Below the pieces are notes generated by a model. That model worked only from the letters and a program-made list of their open reading frames with translations. It was not told the origin of the DNA and searched no databases. A DNA stretch of 64,000 nucleotides from a virus. The translations under genes were made by a program, and so were the position numbers. Below, one piece after another: positions 8,938 to 19,301 of the stretch; within the stretch, counting starts at the first letter, position 1; every line of letters begins with the position of its first letter. The stretch lies in IMG/VR virus record IMGVR_UViG_3300045971_000356, positions 32,001 to 96,000 of that record, one strand, 5' to 3'.

Positions 8938-9311
8938 CCAATTTTACGTATCAGGGTGATACTGCGGCGCTTGGACTTTTTAAGCGCCATTTCTTTGAGG
9001 CTCAACGCTGGGCCTACTTTGATGTCAACGTCCTTAGAGTTTAACGTTTTTAGTGTGGGTCTGAAGAAATCCCACTCCTGCTTTAGAAACACGTTTATGG
9101 GCACCATGCGGTTACTTTCCCACCACCAAATCTCAGCAAGTTGTAGGAATACAATGCGATCTTCTTCAGATTTAACTACGCCCAAATCGTAAATGGTCGT
9201 AATCGCGTCGTCAACGTTTTGTATGATCCCAACGAAGTCAGTCTTAGCATACGTCAAATATGACAGGTATGGATGAGAATTCAGTAACTGCTGGTATTTA
9301 GGCTCGATCAT
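8934..9311 (-). CDS. Hypothetical phage protein
   Basis: ORF with WWWESNRMVPINVFL motif. Confidence 0.6.
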   Translation of the reverse strand: MIEPKYQQLLNSHPYLSYLTYAKTDFVGIIQNVDDAITTIYDLGVVKSEEDRIVFLQLAEIWWWESNRMVPINVFLKQEWDFFRPTLKTLNSKDVDIKVGPALSLKEMALKKSKRRSITLIRKIG

Positions 9312-10038
9312 ATTTTTTACATTTATTAAAGTGGAATTGTGTCATTGCACCTCCACCTCCAATTTTTCCGCAGTGCGGGCATTCTACTTGCTTTATATTT
9401 CGCTTCTTTTCAATCCCTAACTCTTTACGTAGTGCATTATTGGTTATCAGTGATGCGGCGTGATTCTTAGTATGCGATGAACTGCGTGATTTACCTTTAA
9501 GGGCATTACTAATTTTTTCACGGTGTTCTAATGTCTGAGCTCCTTTACTTTTTCCGAGATGTGAGGTGGACAGATTGTTTTTGTGAGCCTCACTTTTTAA
9601 CTTCCCGCGTAAACTGTTGCTTATTGCTATTTTGTGACCTTCAGATTTGGGATTTTTGTATTTCCCTTTTAGCGCCTCACTCATTTTTATTTTGACATAT
9701 TCAGGACGTGGCTTTCCCGTAAACATTTTCGACATGTGCTTCTTTTGATCATCAGATTGTCTATATCCGCTCGACCCCTCGCCGCCATCAGTTAAATTAT
9801 GCAACACACCAGTGTTTATATCTTTTCTGCCATAATAAGAAATCAATTGTTTTTCTAATAGAAACGCTTCGTTTTCAAATAATTTTTGTGCAAAAAATTT
9901 TATTTTACTGCGGTCAGAAGGAACGGTAACTGTGTGGCGATTAAACGCTCGGCGACCTTTACCCTTGCCTATATAGTAGGGGGTAATGTTGTCTTTACGC
10001 AAATATGCGTAAACATAAAATATTGCTTTATCGTCCAC
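9298..10038 (-). CDS. GIY-YIG homing endonuclease (NUMOD3 repeats, C-terminal Zn ribbon)
   Basis: YVYAYLRKD..PYYIGKG; NLTDGGEG; KSExHK repeats; CPHCGK. Confidence 0.85.
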   Translation of the reverse strand: MDDKAIFYVYAYLRKDNITPYYIGKGKGRRAFNRHTVTVPSDRSKIKFFAQKLFENEAFLLEKQLISYYGRKDINTGVLHNLTDGGEGSSGYRQSDDQKKHMSKMFTGKPRPEYVKIKMSEALKGKYKNPKSEGHKIAISNSLRGKLKSEAHKNNLSTSHLGKSKGAQTLEHREKISNALKGKSRSSSHTKNHAASLITNNALRKELGIEKKRNIKQVECPHCGKIGGGGAMTQFHFNKCKKYDRA

Positions 10039-10078
10039 AGTTTATTTAGTTTAGAAAAATCATATTGATAAATACTTG

Positions 10079-10867
10079 ATGCAATCAAATAATATTTATT
10101 ATTACGCTAACGCCGTTGACGTTCAGCTTGACTTAGACCCCACTATAACCACGAGGAATCGCATTGTGTATCAAAGAACTGTGAAAATTTATAAGGGCGT
10201 TGATAACACCCTGCAATTTAACTTTAAAAACTCCGACCAGAAAGCTGTCAACATCACTGGCTGGGACGTTTCGTTCAATGTCATATCTGATACTGATGGT
10301 GTTGTGATTTTGAGCAAGTTAGCAACCGTAGTAGATTTGCTTAAAGGCATCGTTACTGTTGAGTTAAATGAGTTGGATTTGATTGGGTTAGATCGTGAGT
10401 TTTACAACTATACGTTGAGCGTAACGGACCCACTTACAGGCAAAACCAAACCCGTGTATGTGGACGACAACTACGATGTTCGTGGTGAGCTGTCAGTATT
10501 GCCAGGGCGTTATCCTACCTTCTTGCCAAGCATTCAAGTTGGCTTCCCAACTGACAGCAACGTTACGGTTACCACAAGTGCTATCCGCAGCGAGTCACCA
10601 TCCCGCCAACTTAGCACATCGCACACAGCACAGTTTTACTTTGACAACTTCACGGGCAATATCGCTGTGCAAGCGACACTGGACTCGCTGCCACCAAATG
10701 GTGCTACGTCAGCAAACGTAACACTAAGCTGGGCAACCATTTCAACGTTGCCATACGTGAACCAAACTACACCAGATTATTACAACTTTGATGGTGTGTT
10801 TACGGCAGTTCGTTTTAACATAGCCAAAGATTCCGGCACTGTGACATCGGCGTTATACCGTCCTTAA
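10079..10867 (+). CDS. Putative virion structural protein (BppU-like beta-sandwich)
   Basis: KIYKGVDNTLQFNFKNSDQKAVNITG pattern; late promoter ATAAATA at 10068. Confidence 0.5.
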   Translation: MQSNNIYYYANAVDVQLDLDPTITTRNRIVYQRTVKIYKGVDNTLQFNFKNSDQKAVNITGWDVSFNVISDTDGVVILSKLATVVDLLKGIVTVELNELDLIGLDREFYNYTLSVTDPLTGKTKPVYVDDNYDVRGELSVLPGRYPTFLPSIQVGFPTDSNVTVTTSAIRSESPSRQLSTSHTAQFYFDNFTGNIAVQATLDSLPPNGATSANVTLSWATISTLPYVNQTTPDYYNFDGVFTAVRFNIAKDSGTVTSALYRP

Positions 10868-10917
10868 TTGAGCCTATGGTATTTGATTTTACAGGAGCAG
10901 GCATATATAATAAGTGT

Positions 10918-11946
10918 ATGTCTACTCTGATTCAAGAAACTGCCCTAAGTCACTGGCGTGGCAAAACGAACTCCAAAGGGTGGAATTCTGGCAATGCGGT
11001 ATGCTGCACTCATAACGGCGAAACAATGGATTCCCGTGGTCGCGGCGGGTTCAAATCAGAGCCAGACGGATCAATTGTTTACTCTTGCTTTAACTGTCAA
11101 TTCACAACAGGCTACACACCAGGGCATCCATTATCCTACAAGTTTAGAAAACTACTTAGCTGGCTCAATGTAGATGATTTAGAAATCCATAGACTCTCAA
11201 TAGAAGCATTACGAGAGAAAGAAAAAATGGAGTTGCTGGGGATTATTGCCCCAGAAGTTAAAAAAGAGGAAATCAAAACAAACTACAAAGTTGAGCCTCT
11301 GCCAGAACAGGCGTTGTCGTTTATTGCGTTAGCTGAGTTTTACGAGTTGAAGGATAGTTTGGATTACCCCACAGGGTTAATGGAAGCAGTTGATTACATT
11401 AGCACTCGCAAGATAGACATGCGTAAGTATGATTTTTTGTGGACGCCAGACACAAGTTATAAGATGAACAAGCGGGTGATTATACCGTTTGTTTGGAAAG
11501 GGCAGACGATTGGATATACAGCACGAGCGATGCATGATGGAATCCTGCCTAAGTATGTAACGCATGTGGACTCAGGTTTTGTGTTCAACATGGACGCACA
11601 GAAGAAGGATTCCAAGTTCGTGATTGTATGCGAGGGTATCTTTGACGCATTGTCCGTAGATGGTGTTGCGGTGATGAAAGCTAACGCTAACCCACAGCAA
11701 GTAGCGCTCATTGAAAGTTTAGATCGCGAAATCATCGTTGTGCCTGATATGAACAAAACTGGTCGCAAGCTAATAGACCTTGCACTAAATAATAACTGGT
11801 CGGTGGCTTTCCCAGTGTGGGCGGAAACTTGCACCGACATCAATGAAGCAGTTTGCAAATACGGCAAATTGTTTGTGCTCAAAACAATACTTGACAGTGT
11901 TGAACGCAGCAAGCTAAAAATAAAACTACGAAGGAAGAAAATCTGA
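10918..11946 (+). CDS. DNA primase (T4 gp61/DnaG-like)
   Basis: Zn finger CCTH..SCFNC; TOPRIM VCEGIFDALS, VPDMN, DINEA. Confidence 0.85.
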   Translation: MSTLIQETALSHWRGKTNSKGWNSGNAVCCTHNGETMDSRGRGGFKSEPDGSIVYSCFNCQFTTGYTPGHPLSYKFRKLLSWLNVDDLEIHRLSIEALREKEKMELLGIIAPEVKKEEIKTNYKVEPLPEQALSFIALAEFYELKDSLDYPTGLMEAVDYISTRKIDMRKYDFLWTPDTSYKMNKRVIIPFVWKGQTIGYTARAMHDGILPKYVTHVDSGFVFNMDAQKKDSKFVIVCEGIFDALSVDGVAVMKANANPQQVALIESLDREIIVVPDMNKTGRKLIDLALNNNWSVAFPVWAETCTDINEAVCKYGKLFVLKTILDSVERSKLKIKLRRKKI

Positions 11947-12578
11947 TGAAGGTTGCTGTAATTGGATATCCGAGAACTGGATCTACTCTGGCTAGTATGC
12001 TATTATGTGAAGCATACAACTTAGAATATCTTGGGGAGTTAGTTCGTGGGTATTATAGCGACAGTGACAAGAGTTTAGCCTTTACAAAGTTAGATACCGT
12101 AGATAATATTTGCGTTAAATTTTTCCCAGGGCACATAAAAAATCATATTTCTGAAATTAGTTGGGGATTGTTTGATATAATCATAACAACTGGAAGAAAA
12201 TCAATAGTTGACGCATATATTAGTTTGGAATTTGCATTAAGCACTAATCATTGGATCAAGACTAAAGGTGATAGCTGGGCTACAAATATTCTTTCTGTAG
12301 ATGCATCTACAGAAAGAATACAGAAATGGGTAGAAGTTTATCTAGCATCACTTAACACAATAATTACAAAAATTGAAGCAATATATAAAAAACCAATTTT
12401 AAACTTTACATATGAAGAATTATTGAAAACTGCACCTGCAATGAAATCAGTGATCCCTGATCAAACAACTAATAAGTTGACAAGATTTGGAATAATACCA
12501 GCTGATATTAATTATAAAGAACAATGCATTAATTATGTAGAAGTAGAAAACAAATTTAAGGAGTTGGGGCTAATATGA
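11946..12578 (+). CDS. Sulfotransferase family protein
   Basis: PAPS-binding loop GYPRTGST; R-x7-S (RKSIVDAYIS); YEEL. Confidence 0.7.
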   Translation: MKVAVIGYPRTGSTLASMLLCEAYNLEYLGELVRGYYSDSDKSLAFTKLDTVDNICVKFFPGHIKNHISEISWGLFDIIITTGRKSIVDAYISLEFALSTNHWIKTKGDSWATNILSVDASTERIQKWVEVYLASLNTIITKIEAIYKKPILNFTYEELLKTAPAMKSVIPDQTTNKLTRFGIIPADINYKEQCINYVEVENKFKELGLI

Positions 12579-14017
12579 GTGAAGGCAAAGTATACAATAA
12601 AGATTTACAGCAGTTGTTTTTGGAGATGATGGTGGACTCGCCAGAGAGTTATGTGCGAGTTCAAAATATTTTTGATGTAAAAAACTTTGATCGCTCACTA
12701 CAAGAGGTAGCTGAGTTTGTGAAAGAGCATGCTGACAAGTATAAAGCAATGCCTACGGTTGAACAAATTAACGCATCGTTTGGTGTAGAGTTAAAGACAA
12801 CAAAGGGACTTAGCGAATCACATTACGATTGGTTCTTAGCTGAGTTTGAGGGGTTTAGTAAGACAAAAGCACTTGAGCGGGCGATTTTAAAAGCAGCAGA
12901 CTTGCTTGAGAAGGGCGGCGACTTTAACCCCATTGAAAAGTTGATTAAAGATGCGATACAGATAGGGTTAGTTAAGGACATTGGCACTGATTACTTTAAA
13001 GATCCACGGGAACGGCTGATGCAAATTAAGTCGTCCAATGGGCAAGTTAGCACTGGCTGGAAGAACTTAGACAAGGTGCTGTTTGGCGGCATGAACAGGG
13101 GCGAGTTAAACATTTTTGCTGGCGGCTCGGGTTCAGGTAAGTCACTGTTTATGCAAAACATTAGCGTGAACTGGATGACAGCAGGACTGAACGGGATTTA
13201 CTTAACGCTTGAGTTGAGTGAAGGGTTGTCTGCTATGCGTATTGACGCTATGGTAGCAAACTGCGGCACGAAGGACATTTTCAAGAACTTGGACGATGTT
13301 GAGTTAAAAGTTGGAATGACAGGTAAACGCTCAGGCAAGTTTCAGTTGAAGTATTTGCCCGCACAAAGCAATGTAAACGATATTCGTGCGTTTATCAAAG
13401 AATACGAAATTCAGATGAAAGCCAAAATAGACTTCTTGATGGTTGACTATTTGGACTTACTAATGCCCGTGACAGCTAAAGTTAGTCCAAATGACTTGTT
13501 TGTTAAAGACAAGTATGTATCGGAAGAACTGCGTAATTTGGCTAAGGAATTAAATGTATTGTTTATTACTGCGTCACAGTTGAATCGTGCAGCAGTTGAC
13601 GAGACAGAGTTTGATCACTCGCATATTTCGGGTGGTATTTCCAAGATCAATACAGCAGACAATGTGTTTGGTATCTTTACGAGCCGTGCGATGCGTGAGC
13701 GCGGTAAATATCAGCTACAGTTACTAAAAACACGTTCAAGTTCTGGTGTTGGCAGCAAGGTAGACTTAGATTTTGATGTAAACAGTTTACGAATTGTTGA
13801 TGCAATTGAGTCTGATGACTCAAACGGAAATACTTCTGCCCCTACAATGGCAAATAACATCTTGAATGGCATTAAGGGCAAGTCCAAAGTAACTAAGCCT
13901 GGTGAATTATTAGATGAGCATACGGGCGAAATCACTAAGGCACCACAAGCAGAGATACAAGCGACTATGTTGAAAAATATGTTGAACGGGCTTAAGACCC
14001 CAATTAAAACAAATTGA
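12575..14017 (+). CDS. Replicative DNA helicase (DnaB/T4 gp41-like)
   Basis: GGSGSGKS Walker A, LELSE, VDYLDL, TASQLNR. Confidence 0.9.
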   Translation: MSEGKVYNKDLQQLFLEMMVDSPESYVRVQNIFDVKNFDRSLQEVAEFVKEHADKYKAMPTVEQINASFGVELKTTKGLSESHYDWFLAEFEGFSKTKALERAILKAADLLEKGGDFNPIEKLIKDAIQIGLVKDIGTDYFKDPRERLMQIKSSNGQVSTGWKNLDKVLFGGMNRGELNIFAGGSGSGKSLFMQNISVNWMTAGLNGIYLTLELSEGLSAMRIDAMVANCGTKDIFKNLDDVELKVGMTGKRSGKFQLKYLPAQSNVNDIRAFIKEYEIQMKAKIDFLMVDYLDLLMPVTAKVSPNDLFVKDKYVSEELRNLAKELNVLFITASQLNRAAVDETEFDHSHISGGISKINTADNVFGIFTSRAMRERGKYQLQLLKTRSSSGVGSKVDLDFDVNSLRIVDAIESDDSNGNTSAPTMANNILNGIKGKSKVTKPGELLDEHTGEITKAPQAEIQATMLKNMLNGLKTPIKTN

Positions 14018-14055
14018 TCCATTTAACATAAATACTCTATACTTCGGAGCATTTC

Positions 14056-14319
14056 TTGCAAAAAAAGACGCGATCGCTACTTGACGAGTTAGACAGCCTG
14101 CTTATTCATAGAGATAGAGAAAATCTCATTGAAAGCAGAGCAACTCACATCATTCAAGGTGCTATAAACCTAATCAATACCATCCGTGAGTCATATGACG
14201 CCGATGTTGCAGACGAAATGGAGCGTAGGTTTATTAACAGCATTCGTGGTCAAGATCCTGCAAAGTTTACCCGGGGATTAAAGAGAATTACGAATGAAAA
14301 TAAACGAAATAGTCAGTAA
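14056..14319 (+). CDS. Hypothetical protein
   Basis: TTG start with GGAG; late promoter upstream. Confidence 0.6.
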   Translation: MQKKTRSLLDELDSLLIHRDRENLIESRATHIIQGAINLINTIRESYDADVADEMERRFINSIRGQDPAKFTRGLKRITNENKRNSQ

Positions 14320-15037
14320 TCAAGTCAACGAAGGTTTTTGGGATGCTCTAAAAGCAGCAGGCAGCGGTGTTGCGGCCGCAGCAACTGGTAAAAATCCTGC
14401 TCAAGCTGCGTCACAGACATATCAACAATCCGTGGGCGAAAAGAACTTGGCAGGTATGACAAAATCTGTAATGGCTCGATGGAATCAGCAGATTGCTCCG
14501 GCTATTCCACCTGCTAAGAAAACTGACCCAGCTACAATAAAACAATACTTAGACAAGTTCTTAAGCTCGTATTTTGCTGGTGATTATTCAAGCAACAATG
14601 CGTTAGATTCCGCAGATGCCCAAGCAGTTGGTAATTATATTCGCAAGGCAGTAAACGCTGAAGCTGCTGGTATGTCGGTTGCTTCTACAAGTCAGCAACC
14701 ACAGCAACCACCAGACACGACTGCGGCACAACCACCACAATCAACAGTGCAAGGAGTTCGCCCTGGGTATCGTATTAAAGTTACTAATCCGTCAAATGGT
14801 GGAATTTACTATAAAACTACGGCTGGGTGGTTTAACGATGTTGGTCAACAACTTAAAAAACAACAATCAATTGATTTTTTAGATCAATTAGCAAATAATA
14901 TCGGGAAAGAAGAGCCAGATCCAGGCCAGCAGCATCCTCCACCACCGCCACAAGGTCAACAGCAACAACCGCCACAGCAGCAAGCTCAACCAAGCAATAA
15001 GCGTCGTCGCAAATCAAGAAATAGGGCCGCACCGTGA
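14294..15037 (+). CDS. Gln/Pro-rich protein with MKINEI N-terminal motif (putative internal head protein)
   Basis: MKINEIV..VNEG; poly-Q/P tracts; basic tail. Confidence 0.55.
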   Translation: MKINEIVSNQVNEGFWDALKAAGSGVAAAATGKNPAQAASQTYQQSVGEKNLAGMTKSVMARWNQQIAPAIPPAKKTDPATIKQYLDKFLSSYFAGDYSSNNALDSADAQAVGNYIRKAVNAEAAGMSVASTSQQPQQPPDTTAAQPPQSTVQGVRPGYRIKVTNPSNGGIYYKTTAGWFNDVGQQLKKQQSIDFLDQLANNIGKEEPDPGQQHPPPPPQGQQQQPPQQQAQPSNKRRRKSRNRAAP

Positions 15038-15792
15038 GCATATTAATGGAAGGTGGTAACGTATTCCCTGACGTTACAGCAATTAAGAAAGAGTATGTGC
15101 CTGGCATCATTAAAAAGATACAGGCAATAATGCCTGGCGGCATACAAATAATTCCGCACATTGGCAGTGCTGGCTTCAAGGTTGAATCGGGTGACATGGA
15201 TGTGTTTGTTGATGCTGCTGAAATAGCGCAGCACTTTAACGCGGCTGATGATAAGATTGCTAAAGTAGCATTGAAAAAGTATTTTGAAGCTAAGGGCTAC
15301 CAAGCAGCACTAACAGGACGCAATGTTCACATTCGTATGCCAGTGCCAGGCGGAACATTTGTTCAAGTTGATGTGATGGTAATTCCAGACGCAGCGCGAG
15401 TAGCACCATTTCACCAACACGGACCATCTGGTCAATACAACGACCCAACGTTTAAAGGCGGCCAGTTGTTCATCATGTATTCATCACTCGCTAAGGCAGC
15501 AGGGATGAAGTTTAGCCCGTTTGAGGGTAAGCTGGTTGACCGCACTACTGGTGAGTTAGTAGCAGACAACAAAGACGATGTGGCGAAGATTTTATTGAAC
15601 CCAAATGCTACAGCAGCAAATTTGGCATCAGTGAAAGCTATCATGGCAGCATTGGCGAACGATCCACGCAAGGAAGAGAAAATTGCGCAAGCGAGAGAAG
15701 ATGCGAAAAAGGGTCTTATTGTATTGCCTGAGTCAGTGCAGCCAGGCACAGCACAATGGTTTAGAGATATACAAAATATTTTAGTGTCATGA
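15034..15792 (+). CDS. Pol-beta-superfamily nucleotidyltransferase
   Basis: IGSAG...SGDMDVFV and VQVDVM (GS/DxD/D triad); LMEGG N-terminus. Confidence 0.7.
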   Translation: MSILMEGGNVFPDVTAIKKEYVPGIIKKIQAIMPGGIQIIPHIGSAGFKVESGDMDVFVDAAEIAQHFNAADDKIAKVALKKYFEAKGYQAALTGRNVHIRMPVPGGTFVQVDVMVIPDAARVAPFHQHGPSGQYNDPTFKGGQLFIMYSSLAKAAGMKFSPFEGKLVDRTTGELVADNKDDVAKILLNPNATAANLASVKAIMAALANDPRKEEKIAQAREDAKKGLIVLPESVQPGTAQWFRDIQNILVS

Positions 15793-16247
15793 AATTTTAC
15801 GAATTTGAATTAGGAAAACCTCCAGTCTATGATTTGGTTGAGGAATTTAACCAAAATTTGTCCGAAGTTGAATTGGGCAAGGGAGATAAACAGCTAATTG
15901 ATGACTGCGCTGATTTTGCACATCAATACTGCACTGACCCAGCAACTTTAACTAAGGGAAAAAATTATTTTGCTATTACGGTTATATCACAGCCAAGAAT
16001 TAGTTTAATTCAACTTGAATATTCAAATACCCCAGTATGTTTTATTGGAGTTAATAATAACAAGTTTGAATTCAAGAGTAAGGAAAAAACGTATTTACTG
16101 CCTATTTTATTATCAAATGATGATAAATCTTTAATATTTTCAACTACTGTATTTGCACAAGCTGATGAAGCAAACCAATTTTTAACTATGTTTATGCTAA
16201 AATTTTCTAGTAGAGCACATATTAACAAAAAAGAGTTAGTGTCATGA
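15789..16247 (+). CDS. Hypothetical protein
   Basis: ORF coupled at both ends; MKFYEF start. Confidence 0.55.
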   Translation: MKFYEFELGKPPVYDLVEEFNQNLSEVELGKGDKQLIDDCADFAHQYCTDPATLTKGKNYFAITVISQPRISLIQLEYSNTPVCFIGVNNNKFEFKSKEKTYLLPILLSNDDKSLIFSTTVFAQADEANQFLTMFMLKFSSRAHINKKELVS

Positions 16248-17407
16248 AAATTAGCGAGATTATAACAGAATCCAGAAAGCCTGCCTTCAAGTTGAATGAA
16301 GTTGGGATGAACCACGCGGAAGATATTATATTTTTTGAGGGGTCGGCTGGTGCTCTCCGTGTATTACAGAGCTTTAAGGCGCTGCCTAAGAAGAAAGACG
16401 AAGTGTTGACCATTAAATGGGACGGGCAAGTGGCGCTATACGCTGGTAGAACAGCGGATGGAACATTTGTGCTAACTGATATGGCAGGCTGGGGAGCAAA
16501 GGGCTATAATGGCATGTATACCTCTGCTAAAGAGTTTATTGCGCAAAAGCAAACTAAGGGTGGTAATCCAGACTTCTTGTCTAAGATCTCTGCAATATGG
16601 CCTATCGTTGAATCAGCAATACCTCCATCGTTCCGTGGTTTTATCAAGGGCGACGTAATGTGGTGGCCAGGCACACTAAAAGACACTGGCAAACGCTGGG
16701 TGTTTGGCGAAGGAACAACTACATATGAAGTTGACAAAACATCTGAGTTGGGTAGGCGAGTTGGCCAAGGTAAGGCAGGGCTAGCGATACACGGATTTTA
16801 CGATGCGTCAGTGGCAGGCTCCCCAGAGGAGCGCACTGCGACAGAACCAGCACCGTTACGCAATACAGCAGGGTTAAATCCTAACGGGGCATTGTGCGTT
16901 CTTGGCCCTGAGATTAAAGTTGAAGGCAATGTAGCATTAGACGGCAATAAGATGAAGGAAGTGACGCAATATGTGCGCAAAAACGCTAAAGTCATTGACA
17001 CTTTCCTTGATGTAAACACGCTAAAAGAACGCAAGCTAACCAGCTTGCCTAATATGCTGTATACATTCGTTAACCAACAGACACGCATACGAGACTTAGA
17101 TATGCTTGCTCATAAATTTCCAGCTTGGGTTCAGTCTAACCCTAAGTTGAGCAAAGCAATGGCACAAAATGTGATTGCTTACATACAAGAGACTGGAGCG
17201 GCATTGCAAACCGTGTTTAATGTGTTTGACGCAGTTACCACACTGAAGCTGGACATTATCAATCAACTTGACAATTCAAGCACAACGCTATACGCACACA
17301 TCAAGGGTGTTAAGGGCGGAGAAGGATATGTCGCTTCAAGTCCAGACGGTCACGTAAAATTAGTCAATCGTTCACATTTTTCAGCAGCTAACTTCGGCAA
17401 CCACTAA
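16244..17407 (+). CDS. ATP-dependent ligase-like (RNA ligase superfamily) protein with MKISEI motif
   Basis: TIKWDG (KxDG), KGDVM, GEGYV, VKLV motifs of the nucleotidyltransferase/ligase fold. Confidence 0.6.
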   Translation: MKISEIITESRKPAFKLNEVGMNHAEDIIFFEGSAGALRVLQSFKALPKKKDEVLTIKWDGQVALYAGRTADGTFVLTDMAGWGAKGYNGMYTSAKEFIAQKQTKGGNPDFLSKISAIWPIVESAIPPSFRGFIKGDVMWWPGTLKDTGKRWVFGEGTTTYEVDKTSELGRRVGQGKAGLAIHGFYDASVAGSPEERTATEPAPLRNTAGLNPNGALCVLGPEIKVEGNVALDGNKMKEVTQYVRKNAKVIDTFLDVNTLKERKLTSLPNMLYTFVNQQTRIRDLDMLAHKFPAWVQSNPKLSKAMAQNVIAYIQETGAALQTVFNVFDAVTTLKLDIINQLDNSSTTLYAHIKGVKGGEGYVASSPDGHVKLVNRSHFSAANFGNH

Positions 17408-17982
17408 TGAAATCTCTGCCGTTCCTAGAAGAACTCGCAGAAGCGAGATTATACTTTGACGCTGATGATGTCAAGGGTAAGTCTGCTGACGACATAGCGC
17501 ACATAATATTCCTTATGTTTATGATGATTGAGGTTATTCGTCGCTCATACCCATCGTGGGCAATGAGTTACGCTGACCAGACTATGCGTTATAACACATA
17601 CGAGAACATTCACTACTCAGGCACAGACTTGGGAAACTTGTTGGCTGTGTTAAACAATCAAGATACATTTAAAGACAAGATTAAAACAAACACAAGCATT
17701 AACATTCCGTTGTTTCAGATCAATCGCTATCTATCCGCAGTGCGCTCTAATGCTAACAGCCACAGCGATGATGCTACATTTTTCTGGAGATTAGACGATT
17801 ACTTGAAGGCATACAACTCGCCCGCATTACGACAACTGCGTCGTGATGTGGTTGATTGGGAGAACGCAGAGCATGCTGATAAAGAGCGCATTGTGGCAAT
17901 GCTGCGTCGTGAAATGGACAAGCGTTCATCATCCAATGACATTTACCTGTGGTTTAGACAAAACTACAGGCTAAAGAAATAA
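17407..17982 (+). CDS. Hypothetical protein (putative head-associated)
   Basis: ORF; FLEELAEA N-terminus. Confidence 0.55.
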   Translation: MKSLPFLEELAEARLYFDADDVKGKSADDIAHIIFLMFMMIEVIRRSYPSWAMSYADQTMRYNTYENIHYSGTDLGNLLAVLNNQDTFKDKIKTNTSINIPLFQINRYLSAVRSNANSHSDDATFFWRLDDYLKAYNSPALRQLRRDVVDWENAEHADKERIVAMLRREMDKRSSSNDIYLWFRQNYRLKK

Positions 17983-18855
17983 TTACTCGTCAGCTTTCTT
18001 AGCGATATATCGCTTCCAAACAAAAACAAATATTGGTAGTAATATGGTTGACCACAGCCATTGCCCGTATTGCTTTAACCACCCAAAAAGAACCTGTTGT
18101 TTAGTAATATCAATAAACACAGACTGGTCGAATGTAGTTATATGACGGTTAGCAGACATATCATCTACGACTACTAATGCGTCAACAGTGATTTTAACCT
18201 CTTGCTTACCGGGTTTAGTTGGAGTCAAATCCCATTCCCATATAGTAGGCGCAGATTCTGCCAATGCTTGCTCTTCTGTGCTAAGTGCGACCACAGTGAA
18301 CGACGGAGCAATGAGTTTCACAGTGATGATTTTAGATACCTGTATTTTGCTTGAAACAACAATGCCTTTTTGCTCAATATTTACTTCCCCAACTTTCTTC
18401 TTTGGGTCAAGTATTACTTGAATGCGGAACTTTTCTGCGACATTGACAGACTCAGGAACATTAAACGCAATAGTAGACTCGTGTAACTGATCAAGTATGT
18501 TGTCCGTTGTCGTGTGCTTTGCGGTAGCAGTCCGTTCTGCTTTTGAAACAAGAACTGCCATTCGTCTAACACTGCGAACAGCTTTTTCCATTTCAGCGTC
18601 TTTCTCTGTTTTACTAACTTTATCTGTTGCGGCAGATTCAGTCGCAGAGGCTTTTTTAGCCTTTGATGCAAAATTAAAGTTAAATGAAGTATCACCCGCA
18701 ATGAATGCTGCTCTTGGGCTTGTGACCGGAATCGGCGGCGAAGGCATAGGTATTGATGCTGACACGGGCATAAGCACTACTACAGGCATTGGTTGTAGAG
18801 TTCCGCAAGACACTAATAAAATACATAGTAAGGGAGTAACAATATGTTTTTTCAT
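17983..18855 (-). CDS. Lipoprotein with Ig-like region and C-terminal membrane anchor
   Basis: Lipobox LLVSC; Pro-rich linker; C-terminal hydrophobic helix; late promoter 4 nt upstream. Confidence 0.6.
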   Translation of the reverse strand: MKKHIVTPLLCILLVSCGTLQPMPVVVLMPVSASIPMPSPPIPVTSPRAAFIAGDTSFNFNFASKAKKASATESAATDKVSKTEKDAEMEKAVRSVRRMAVLVSKAERTATAKHTTTDNILDQLHESTIAFNVPESVNVAEKFRIQVILDPKKKVGEVNIEQKGIVVSSKIQVSKIITVKLIAPSFTVVALSTEEQALAESAPTIWEWDLTPTKPGKQEVKITVDALVVVDDMSANRHITTFDQSVFIDITKQQVLFGWLKQYGQWLWSTILLPIFVFVWKRYIAKKADE

Positions 18856-18893
18856 ATCGTATTTATAGATAAATAAGTTAAAGAGGTATCTGT

Positions 18894-19301
18894 ATGGACC
18901 TAATATTATCGTTTATTTTGCGTAACAAAGGGCTAGTCGTAGGTCTACTTCTTATGGCAGCATTGGGTGGATGTTACATTTACATAGACATGCTTAAAAA
19001 TGATGCAAAGGTTATCATTGCAGAAAAAAATGTAGTTATAGCGGAGTTGCAAGCGTCACAAGCTGCGTTAAAAGGGCTGCAATCTGCAATCAATGAGCAA
19101 AACTCAGCAGTAACTAAGTTAAAGGATGATGCCGAAGCAAGGGCAGCGGCAGGCCAGGCAGAAATAACGCAAGCAAAAGTAACCTCAGAGCTATACAGGC
19201 GCAAAGCGTCAGACTTGATGAAGGTTAAACCAGATCCAAAACTGTCTCGCTGCGATGCTGCTAACGCTCTTATAAACTCGGAGATCGGCAATGCAAACTA
19301 A
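18894..19301 (+). CDS. i-spanin (Rz-like)
   Basis: N-terminal TM helix, coiled coil, Cys near C-end, overlapped by lipoprotein gene. Confidence 0.7.
   Translation: MDLILSFILRNKGLVVGLLLMAALGGCYIYIDMLKNDAKVIIAEKNVVIAELQASQAALKGLQSAINEQNSAVTKLKDDAEARAAAGQAEITQAKVTSELYRRKASDLMKVKPDPKLSRCDAANALINSEIGNAN

Noticed and set aside
14680-15010. CAA/CCA-rich low-complexity DNA
   Set aside because: Explained by Gln/Pro-rich protein linkers; not a regular tandem repeat.
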